Of a DNA stretch of 64,000 bases, positions 50,834 to 58,566 are shown piece after piece; within the stretch, counting starts at the first letter, position 1; each line of letters opens with the position of its first letter. The notes beneath the pieces were generated by a model, which saw only the letters and a list, made by a program, of their open reading frames with translations, was not told the origin of the DNA and did no database searches. A program made the translations under genes and the position numbers. The DNA lies in the NCBI GenBank assembly GCA_963816185.1, contig CAWFJJ010000001.1, forward strand, positions 288,001 through 352,000. The letters run 5' to 3'. Origin of the DNA: Thermoanaerobaculia bacterium (lineage in GTDB: Bacteria > Acidobacteriota > Thermoanaerobaculia > UBA5066).

Positions 50834-53416
50834 GTGTCCTCGTTCGGTGCTCGACTCGTCGCTCTCGGCCTCGTTCTCGTCGCTTCGCGTGCGGCGGCGC
50901 AGGGCTCCCTCCCGTGGCCCCGGATCGCGCTGACGCGCGTCGCGACCGGCTTCTCGAACCCCACCCAGGTGACGTCGGCGCACGACGGCACGGGCCGCCT
51001 CTTCGTCGTCGAGCAGAGGGGCCTCGTGAAGATCGTTAAGGACGGGGCCGTTCTGCCGACGCCGTTCCTCGACATCACCGACCGCGTGAGCGGTGGCGGC
51101 GAGCGCGGTCTTCTTTCGATCGTCTTCCCGCCGGGCCGCGCTCCGAAAGGCGAGTTCTACGCGGACTACACGGACGTCGCCGGCAACACGGCGGTCTCGC
51201 GATTTTTCGTCTCGGGCGATCCGAACGCGGCAAACGCGTCGTCCGAGGAGGTCCTGCTCAGAATCGTGCAGCCCTTCGCGAACCACAACGGCGGCCAGCT
51301 CGCGTTCGGGCCGGACGGGTACCTCTACATTGGGATGGGAGACGGCGGGTCGGCGGGCGATCCGAACAACAACGCTCAGAATCTCGAGAGTCTGCTCGGG
51401 AAGATTCTTCGAATGGATGTGCTGGGCGGGGCATCGCCCTATGGCATCCCGCCCGATAATCCTTTCGCAGGCTCTTCCTCCGCCCGTCCGGAAATCTGGG
51501 CCTATGGCCTCAGAAACCCGTGGCGGTTCTCGTTCGACCGCAAGACGGGCGACCTCTTCATCGGCGACGTGGGGCAGGGTGCGTGGGAGGAGGTCGACTT
51601 CCAGCCCGCGGGCAGCACCGGCGGCGAGAACTACGGGTGGCGGCTCTCGGAAGGAAATCACTGCTTCAACCCGTCCACGGGGTGCAGCTTCGCGGGCGTC
51701 ACGAGGCCCGTGGCCGAGTATGGGCACGTCGGCGGCAATTGCTCGATCACGGGCGGCTTCGTCTACCGCGGACGCGACTTCGCGCGCCTCTCCGGAATCT
51801 ACTTTTACGCGGACTACTGCAGCGGGCGCGTATGGGGCCTTCGCAACGGGGCCTTGGGCTGGGAGACTCAGGAGCTCCTGCAGCCCGGCTACGCCTTCAC
51901 GAGCCTCGGCGAGGATGACGCCGGCGAGGTCTACGCCGTGGACGGCACCTCGGGCGCCCTCTACCGGCTGGTGGACGCGGACGGGCCTCTGTCGGTCCTG
52001 ACCGTGCCGATCGTCGTCGACGTCAGCGGCCGGAACGGAACTCGCTTCGTCTCGGAAATCACGCTCGGGAACCGCGGGACCACGGACGCGTCCGTCGACG
52101 TGACATTCACGGCGGCGAGCGCTCTCCGGTCGACCGGAAGCGGCACGTTCACGACGACGGTCCCCGCGGGCCGGCAGCTCGTCTTCGCAGACGCCCTCCA
52201 GTGGCTGCGAAACAACGGTCTTCCCGTTCCGCTCGGCGACCAGGGCGGCACACTGCGCCTCGCGTACTCCGGGCTGTCGTCCGGCGACGCGGCGTTCGCA
52301 TCCGTGCGGACGCTCGCGGTGCTGCCCGGAGGCCGCGCGGGCCTCGCGTATCCGGCGCTCTCGCCCGTGGAGACTGCGGAGGCCGGAATCTCGATCTTCG
52401 GTCTGCGCGAGGACGCCGCGTTCCGGAGCAACCTCGCGCTCGTGAACGCGGCAGACCCGGCCGGAAAAACGAGCGTGCTCCTGCAGGTCACGCTCACGAG
52501 CGGCGACCCGGCCGACGCGCGGCGCTTCGCCCTCGCCCCCGTCAGCCTCGAGGCCGGGCAGTGGATGCAGCTCAACCAGGTCCTGCAGCGGGCGGGAATG
52601 ACGAACGGCTGGGCGACGGTCGAGCGCGTCGGCGGGGTCGATCCCTTCTACGCGTACGCCGTCGTCAACGACAACGTGACCGACGACGGCGCGTTCGTCG
52701 CGCCGGTCGCGGCCGGGCGGCGCGTATCAAGCCTGACGATACCGGCCGCAGTCCACACGTCCTCGTTCACGACCGAGCTCTGCTTGACGAATGCAGGTAC
52801 CGTTCCGATCCGACTCTCCTTCCGAGCCTTCTCGTCGCGAGACGTGGTTCTTCAGCCGCAGGAGCAGAGGTTCATTTCCGACATCCTCTCTTATCTCGAC
52901 GCCTCGGCCTCGGCCACGGCGCTCTGGATTTCTTCGAATGGTGGTGCAGCGGCGTTCCACGCGAGCGCGCGGACGTTCTCGTCCGCCGCGGGTGGGGGGA
53001 CATTCGGCGTGGCTTACGCGGGAATCTCGCGCGACGAGTCTCCTCTTTCGGAGGCATGGATCTACGGGCTGAAGCAAGACGGGCTGAGCCGTTCGAATGT
53101 CGCCCTCTCCGTCGTCGATGCGCCTTGGGTTTTTCCGTCGGACAATCCGCCTCCCAGCCCCATGACCGTCGATTTCTTCGACGGCGATTCGGGGTTATTC
53201 AGAGGGACCTCGGTCGTGCCGCTACGGCTTCGAGGGGACTGGCAGCAGGTGAATTCAGCGCTCTCGTCGTTCGGCATCCGCAACGGGTACGTGCGCGTTC
53301 GCGCTCCGGCTGGCAACTTCCAGCCCGTCCTCGTCTACGGCGTCGTCAACGACGGCGCCTCGCCGGGGCAGGGCACCGGGGACGGCAGCTATCTCGCGAT
53401 GACGTCCGTGAAGTAG
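50834..53416 (+). CDS. PQQ-dependent sugar dehydrogenase (GSDH) with duplicated C-terminal domain
   Basis: ERGLLS, NHNGGQLAFGPDGYLY, GLRNPWRFSFD, DVGQ; GTG start after GGAGG. Confidence 0.88.
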   Translation: MSSFGARLVALGLVLVASRAAAQGSLPWPRIALTRVATGFSNPTQVTSAHDGTGRLFVVEQRGLVKIVKDGAVLPTPFLDITDRVSGGGERGLLSIVFPPGRAPKGEFYADYTDVAGNTAVSRFFVSGDPNAANASSEEVLLRIVQPFANHNGGQLAFGPDGYLYIGMGDGGSAGDPNNNAQNLESLLGKILRMDVLGGASPYGIPPDNPFAGSSSARPEIWAYGLRNPWRFSFDRKTGDLFIGDVGQGAWEEVDFQPAGSTGGENYGWRLSEGNHCFNPSTGCSFAGVTRPVAEYGHVGGNCSITGGFVYRGRDFARLSGIYFYADYCSGRVWGLRNGALGWETQELLQPGYAFTSLGEDDAGEVYAVDGTSGALYRLVDADGPLSVLTVPIVVDVSGRNGTRFVSEITLGNRGTTDASVDVTFTAASALRSTGSGTFTTTVPAGRQLVFADALQWLRNNGLPVPLGDQGGTLRLAYSGLSSGDAAFASVRTLAVLPGGRAGLAYPALSPVETAEAGISIFGLREDAAFRSNLALVNAADPAGKTSVLLQVTLTSGDPADARRFALAPVSLEAGQWMQLNQVLQRAGMTNGWATVERVGGVDPFYAYAVVNDNVTDDGAFVAPVAAGRRVSSLTIPAAVHTSSFTTELCLTNAGTVPIRLSFRAFSSRDVVLQPQEQRFISDILSYLDASASATALWISSNGGAAAFHASARTFSSAAGGGTFGVAYAGISRDESPLSEAWIYGLKQDGLSRSNVALSVVDAPWVFPSDNPPPSPMTVDFFDGDSGLFRGTSVVPLRLRGDWQQVNSALSSFGIRNGYVRVRAPAGNFQPVLVYGVVNDGASPGQGTGDGSYLAMTSVK

Positions 53417-53451
53417 GGTCGAAAACGGCCGGGAGCGTAAACTTCCGCGCC

Positions 53452-53784
53452 GTGAGAGCTGGTCTCGTCCGCGTCGCCGTGCTGGCCCTGCTCGCGCCGC
53501 TGGCGCTGGGCGGAGCGTTCGGGCACGTCGACGGCTTCGAGGTCCTCTCGCACGGCGCACACCTCTTCGCTCCCGACCATCCGGCCCACGCTCCGTTCGT
53601 CCCCGAGAAGGAACACCCGTGCGCAGCATGCGCCGTCGCGAATCTGACGCCTCCTGCTTTTGCGACCCTCCTCCTCGTTCCGCCGATCGTGGGGATCACT
53701 CGCGAGACGCAGTGGTCTTGGAGGGCGCCGACGCCCGCGCTTCCGGAACTCACTGGCCGCTCTCCGCCTATCCCGACCGCGTAG
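53452..53784 (+). CDS. DUF2946-like regulatory uORF (His-rich, CxxC, RSPP arrest motif)
   Basis: Hydrophobic N-terminus, several His, HPCAAC, ends GRSPPIPTA*; TAAACT 8 nt upstream of the GTG. Confidence 0.8.
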   Translation: MRAGLVRVAVLALLAPLALGGAFGHVDGFEVLSHGAHLFAPDHPAHAPFVPEKEHPCAACAVANLTPPAFATLLLVPPIVGITRETQWSWRAPTPALPELTGRSPPIPTA

Positions 53785-53847
53785 ACGTTTTTCATTTCGT
53801 CCACGGTCGGGAGGCATAGCGCCTCCCCAATCGACACTCAGGGAGGC
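53766..53847 (+). promoter_or_regulatory. Translational RNA switch (anti-anti-SD / anti-SD / SD)
   Basis: 53766-53779 pairs with 53804-53815; GGGAGGC 53809-53815 or the SD GGGAGGC 53841-53847 pairs with GCCTCCC 53821-53827. Confidence 0.7.
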
Positions 53848-53855
53848 TCGAAGAC

Positions 53856-54995
53856 ATGACCATTCGGTCATCACCGCTGAAAACGCTGTTCCTTCTTACT
53901 GTTCTCCTGCTCGCGGCGCATCCTGTCGCCGCGCAGACGGAACCTCCCCCGGCGGCGCCCGCACCCGACAGCCCGCCGCCTCAGGCGGGGGGCGGCGGAA
54001 GCCAGACGACGAACTACTTCAACCCCAGCGTCTCGGTCATCGGGAATTTCCTCGCCGTAGGGGGCCAGAACCAGGTTGAAAACCTGCCCAACGCGAGCCT
54101 GCGGGAATCGGAGCTCGGTCTCCAGGCGATCGTCGACCCATACGGGCGAGCCGATTTCTTTCTCTCCTTCGGCGAGCAGGGCGTCGAGGTGGAAGAGGGC
54201 TTCCTGACTTTCACCTCTCTGCCCGCGGGCCTGCTCGCGAAGGTGGGACGGATGCGCGTGTCGTTCGGCAAGATCAACACCCTTCACCTGCACGTGCTCC
54301 CGTGGCCGGACTCCCCCCTCCCGATCGTCAACCTCCTGGGAGGCGAGGAAGGGTGGATCGGAACGGGCGTCTCCCTCGCCGAGCTCGTGCCCTTGCCCGG
54401 AGATACGTTCTCGGAGATCACCGGACAGGTCTTCCGCGGGGATTCGGCGGGGTTGTTCGTCGCCCAGAAGCGGAGCGACCTCGCTTACAACGGGCACTAC
54501 CGGATCTTCCGCGACCTGAGCGACTCCACGAACCTCGACCTCGGTTTCTCCTACGGGCAGGGCCCGAACGGAATCGCCTCGAACGCGATGACGCGCCTCG
54601 AGGGAATCGATGCGACGTTTCGATGGAAGCCGCTCGTGCGCGGCACGTACCGCTCCGCTTCTTTGAGAGGGGAGTTCGTTCGCAGCAGGCGAGACCAGCC
54701 CGACGGCCGCCAGACGGCGCAAGGGTGGTTTCTCTCCGGCGAGTACCAGCTTGCCCAACGCTGGTTCGCCGGAGCGCGACTCGAGTCGTCCGACCACGCG
54801 GACGATTCCGCGAAGCGCGACACGGGCGTCGCCGCCACGCTGACCTTCTGGCCGAGCGAGTTCTCCCAGCTTCGCGGGGAGTTCCGGCGCCGCCGCTACG
54901 AAGGCTATCCGGGCGCGCCCGATATCTATACTGCCAACGAGGTCCTTCTCCAGGTGCAATTTGCGATCGGCGCGCACGGCGCGCATCCGTTCTGA
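53856..54995 (+). CDS. Outer-membrane beta-barrel, metal-uptake associated
   Basis: Signal peptide; FNPSVSVIG, alternating beta-strands, C-terminal GAHGAHPF. Confidence 0.8.
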   Translation: MTIRSSPLKTLFLLTVLLLAAHPVAAQTEPPPAAPAPDSPPPQAGGGGSQTTNYFNPSVSVIGNFLAVGGQNQVENLPNASLRESELGLQAIVDPYGRADFFLSFGEQGVEVEEGFLTFTSLPAGLLAKVGRMRVSFGKINTLHLHVLPWPDSPLPIVNLLGGEEGWIGTGVSLAELVPLPGDTFSEITGQVFRGDSAGLFVAQKRSDLAYNGHYRIFRDLSDSTNLDLGFSYGQGPNGIASNAMTRLEGIDATFRWKPLVRGTYRSASLRGEFVRSRRDQPDGRQTAQGWFLSGEYQLAQRWFAGARLESSDHADDSAKRDTGVAATLTFWPSEFSQLRGEFRRRRYEGYPGAPDIYTANEVLLQVQFAIGAHGAHPF

Positions 54996-55005
54996 GGAAG
55001 GTTTC

Positions 55006-55920
55006 ATGAAAACGTTCAAGCTTCTGTTCGCCGCCCTTCTCCTTTCCTTCGCCTCGCCTCTCCTGGCGAAGATCCACGTCGTGTCGTCCCTCCAGGACTT
55101 CGCCTCGATCGCGGAGGCGATCGGGGGCGACCGGGTGGAGACGTACGCGCTGGCGAAGGGATATCAGGACCCGCATTTCGTGGACGCCAAGCCCTCGTTC
55201 ATCCTGAAGCTTTCCCGCGCCGACGTCCTGATCGTCGCCGGCCTCGAGCTCGAGATCGGATACCTGCCGCCGCTGATCGACCAGAGCCGCAACGACAGGA
55301 TTCACGTCGGCAGCGCCGGATATCTGGATGCTTCGATCGGCTGCGACATCCTCCAGCGGCCGACTCGGCAGGTCACACGCGCGATGGGTGACGTGCATCC
55401 GTACGGGAACCCGCACTACTGGACCGATCCGGAAAACGGCCGTGTGATCGCCTGGGCCGTCGCCGAGAAGCTGTCCGAGCTCGATCCCTCCGGGAAAGCC
55501 GTCTTCGAGAAGAACCTCGCCGCGTTCGAAGGGCTTCTGACCCAGAAAGAGAAGGAATGGAACGCGAAGATGGGTCCCTACGCGGGGACGAAGGTCGTGA
55601 CCTTCCACGACTCCTGGCCGAACTTCGCGAAGTACTTCAAGCTCGAAATCGCCGGGCACATCGAGCCGAAGCCGGGCATTCCGCCCACGCCCTCTCACAC
55701 ACTCGAGATCATCAACTTGATCCAGGCGCAGAAGATCCCGGTGATCCTCGTCGAACCCTACTTCGACAGCAAGACGCCGAAGTACATCGCACAGAAGACC
55801 GGCGCCGCGGTGGTCACGTTCTATCCGTCGGTCGGCGGGATACCGGAGATCAAGGACTACTTCGCGCTCTTCGATCACAACATCGACGCCTTCGTCGCGG
55901 CAAACAAGGCAAAGAAATAG
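55006..55920 (+). CDS. Zn/Mn ABC substrate-binding protein (ZnuA family)
   Basis: QDPHF, GDVHPYGNPHYW, FHDSW, EPKPGIPPT. Confidence 0.9.
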   Translation: MKTFKLLFAALLLSFASPLLAKIHVVSSLQDFASIAEAIGGDRVETYALAKGYQDPHFVDAKPSFILKLSRADVLIVAGLELEIGYLPPLIDQSRNDRIHVGSAGYLDASIGCDILQRPTRQVTRAMGDVHPYGNPHYWTDPENGRVIAWAVAEKLSELDPSGKAVFEKNLAAFEGLLTQKEKEWNAKMGPYAGTKVVTFHDSWPNFAKYFKLEIAGHIEPKPGIPPTPSHTLEIINLIQAQKIPVILVEPYFDSKTPKYIAQKTGAAVVTFYPSVGGIPEIKDYFALFDHNIDAFVAANKAKK

Positions 55921-55924
55921 ACAG

Positions 55925-56755
55925 ATGACGATCCTTCAGCTCCTCCTTCCTGCGTTCGTCGCGAGCCTCATCCTCACGGGAATCCACGCCTATCTCGGCG
56001 TTCACGTGGTCGAGCGGGGCGTCATCTTCGTGGACCTCTCGCTCGCGCAGATCGCGGCTCTCGGCACGACGGTCGCGTACCTCGCCGGATACGACCTGCA
56101 CTCCACGGCCGCTTACGTCTTCTCCCTCGGCTTCACGTTCCTAGGAGCCGCGATCTTCGCGTTCTCCCGCGTCCACCGTAAGACCCGCATCCCGCAGGAG
56201 GCGATCATCGGCATCGTCTACGCGGTCTCGGCGGCGGTCGCCATCCTCGTGATGTCGAAAGCGACGCAAGAGACGGAGCACCTGAAGGAGATGCTCGTCG
56301 GCAACATTCTTTCGGTGACGTGGGGGGAGCTGGCGAAGACCGCGTTTCTCTATTCCCTGGTGGGCCTGTTTCATTACATCTTCCGAAAGCGATTCCTCCT
56401 GATCTCGATGAACGAGCCGGAAGCGGAGCGGCAGGGCCTGAACATCCGGTGGTGGGACTTTCTCTTTTACATGTCCTTCGGATTCGTCGTGACGTCGTCG
56501 GTTGCGATCGCCGGCGTGCTCCTCGTCTTCTGCTTCCTCATCGTGCCTTCGGTGACCGCGATGCTCTTCGCCGAGCGGCTCGGGCCGAGACTCGCGATCG
56601 GCTGGACGATGGGAGTCGTCGTGTCGGCGCTCGGGGTGTGGTTCTCGTTTCAGCTCGACCTTCCGACCGGAGCGACCATCGTTGGAACCTTCGGGGCCGC
56701 GCTTCTCGTCATCGCGGGTTATCGGCGGGCGTTCCGGAAGCCGGCCGCCGCCTGA
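55925..56755 (+). CDS. Zn/Mn ABC permease (ZnuB/ABC-3)
   Basis: GVHVVERGVIFVDLSLAQ, EAIIG, AGVLLVFCFLIVP, DLPTGA. Confidence 0.9.
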   Translation: MTILQLLLPAFVASLILTGIHAYLGVHVVERGVIFVDLSLAQIAALGTTVAYLAGYDLHSTAAYVFSLGFTFLGAAIFAFSRVHRKTRIPQEAIIGIVYAVSAAVAILVMSKATQETEHLKEMLVGNILSVTWGELAKTAFLYSLVGLFHYIFRKRFLLISMNEPEAERQGLNIRWWDFLFYMSFGFVVTSSVAIAGVLLVFCFLIVPSVTAMLFAERLGPRLAIGWTMGVVVSALGVWFSFQLDLPTGATIVGTFGAALLVIAGYRRAFRKPAAA

Positions 56756-56757
56756 CG

Positions 56758-57654
56758 TCACTTCGGCGCGCTCTCCGCCACGAGGCGCAGCTTCGTTCCG
56801 CCTCCGCGACCGTCGATGACGTACGTCGTGAACCGGGGAACGAGCCGGCCGGCCGTCTCGAGCCAGAGCCGCGAGCGCAGAAGAGCGGGGTCAGCGGCCG
56901 CTTCACGCGCGAGGGCGGCGAAGCGATTCGAGTCGCCTCGTGCCGCCTCGACGCGCTGAACGCGCACGGCCTCGGTGTCCTCGATCAGCGCTTGCGCCTC
57001 GCCCCGCGCCTTGGACGCGAGCTCGTCGGAATAGGCTCGCGCGTCGTTCTGAAGGCGCTCGCGGTCGGCCGCGGCGTTCTGCACGGACTGGAAGGCCGCA
57101 ATCACGGGGGGCGCAGGGTCGAGCGAACGCCAGGCTGCGGAGATCACGACGACGCCGAGCCTGCGGCCGTCCGCCTCGCGCTGAACGCGTGCACGAACTC
57201 TCTCCAGGAGGGCCGTTCGCCCGGACGAGAGGACGTCGTCCACCGGGCTCGCTCCGAGCTCCTCGGTCAGCGCCCGTTCGCCTTCCCGCTTCAGGACGCC
57301 CGACACATCGATGGCGCTGACCAGGAACCGGACCGGATCCGCGATCCGATACTGCAGGGCGCACTCGGCGACGAGGAGGTTCGTGTCCCCCGTGAGGAAG
57401 GAGCCGGCCTGCGCGGCGCCGCTCGAATTCGCGTCCGCGCCGCCCGCCGAGACCGTGAAGGTGCGCGTGACCTCCACGCGCACGATCCGGTCGACGAGGG
57501 GGATTCTCGTCCTCAGCCCGGGTCCGAGCGTCGCTTTCAGCGGAGAGCCGAAGCGGAAGACGACGGCCCGTTCCGCGGGCCCCACGAGGTATGACGACGA
57601 AAGGAGGACTGCGAGGCCGGCAGACGCCACGAGAACGAGCGCGACCCTCTTCAC
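56758..57654 (-). CDS. hflK: HflK-like SPFH protein
   Basis: TM, VVFRFG, FLTGDTNL, QYRIADP, VIAAF, RLWLET; GTGA overlap with hflC. Confidence 0.8.
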   Translation of the reverse strand: MKRVALVLVASAGLAVLLSSSYLVGPAERAVVFRFGSPLKATLGPGLRTRIPLVDRIVRVEVTRTFTVSAGGADANSSGAAQAGSFLTGDTNLLVAECALQYRIADPVRFLVSAIDVSGVLKREGERALTEELGASPVDDVLSSGRTALLERVRARVQREADGRRLGVVVISAAWRSLDPAPPVIAAFQSVQNAAADRERLQNDARAYSDELASKARGEAQALIEDTEAVRVQRVEAARGDSNRFAALAREAAADPALLRSRLWLETAGRLVPRFTTYVIDGRGGGTKLRLVAESAPK

Positions 57655-58559
57655 TTGTGCGACTCCCGGGGGTTTGGCGGCCCGTCGACCAGAACCTTGA
57701 GCAGGGGAGAATCGGCCGGGAGCACCGCGGTCGTCCCAGTCGCGAGCATCTTCTCGTACGCGTCGAGGGCCTGGACCAGCCGGTACAGCTCCCGATCCTT
57801 CGCCGCGGCGGCGGCGTAGAGACGTGCCGCCTCGGCTTCCCCTGCGCCGCGGGCCTCGGCGGCCTTGCGCGTGGCGTCGGCGAGAAGCTTCGCCTTGTCG
57901 CGCTCGGCCTCCGCACGGATCCGCAGCGCCTGCTCCTCGCCTTCCGAGCGGAGGCGCCGGGCGATCCTCTCTCGCTCCGACCGCATTCGTTCGAAGACGC
58001 TGGCGAGGTTCTGTTCCGGGAATCCCAGCCTCTTCACCGCGAGCTCTTCGACGACGATGCCGTAATCCTCGGCCGCGCGGGACCGGACCCTGCCCTCGAC
58101 CGACGCGGCGAGGTCGGAGAGTTTCGCCTCGCCTGGCTTGGCGGAGATCAACTGGCTCATCGGGACGGTTCCAAGAGCCGCCGCGAGCTCCGAAGAGGAG
58201 AGATCCGCCAGGCGCGCTTCGGCCGCCTCGCGTCCGGCAAGGGTCTCGAGAAAACGCTTCGGATCGGCGATCCGCCACAAGAGGAAAGTCTCGACGGCGA
58301 GGTTCTTCTTGTCCTGCGTGAGGAACTCCGCGGCCGGCGGATCGAACGGCTGGAGGCGCTTGTCCAGACGTGTGACTCCGTCGACGAACGGCATTCGCAC
58401 GTGGAGACCCGCGTCCGTCACGATCTCGATGGGACGCCCGAACCGTGTGCGAACCACTTGCTCCGTCGCCTCCACGACATAGAGTGACCGCCATGCGACG
58501 AGTACGACGAGCAAGGCCCATGCGATCCGCGCGAGAGCTGCCCGATTCACTTTGATCAT
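57651..58559 (-). CDS. hflC: HflC-like SPFH protein
   Basis: TRFGRP, FLTQDKKNL, WRIADP, VFERMRSERERIA..RSEG. Confidence 0.88.
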   Translation of the reverse strand: MIKVNRAALARIAWALLVVLVAWRSLYVVEATEQVVRTRFGRPIEIVTDAGLHVRMPFVDGVTRLDKRLQPFDPPAAEFLTQDKKNLAVETFLLWRIADPKRFLETLAGREAAEARLADLSSSELAAALGTVPMSQLISAKPGEAKLSDLAASVEGRVRSRAAEDYGIVVEELAVKRLGFPEQNLASVFERMRSERERIARRLRSEGEEQALRIRAEAERDKAKLLADATRKAAEARGAGEAEAARLYAAAAAKDRELYRLVQALDAYEKMLATGTTAVLPADSPLLKVLVDGPPNPRESHK

Positions 58560-58566
58560 GAGGTCC

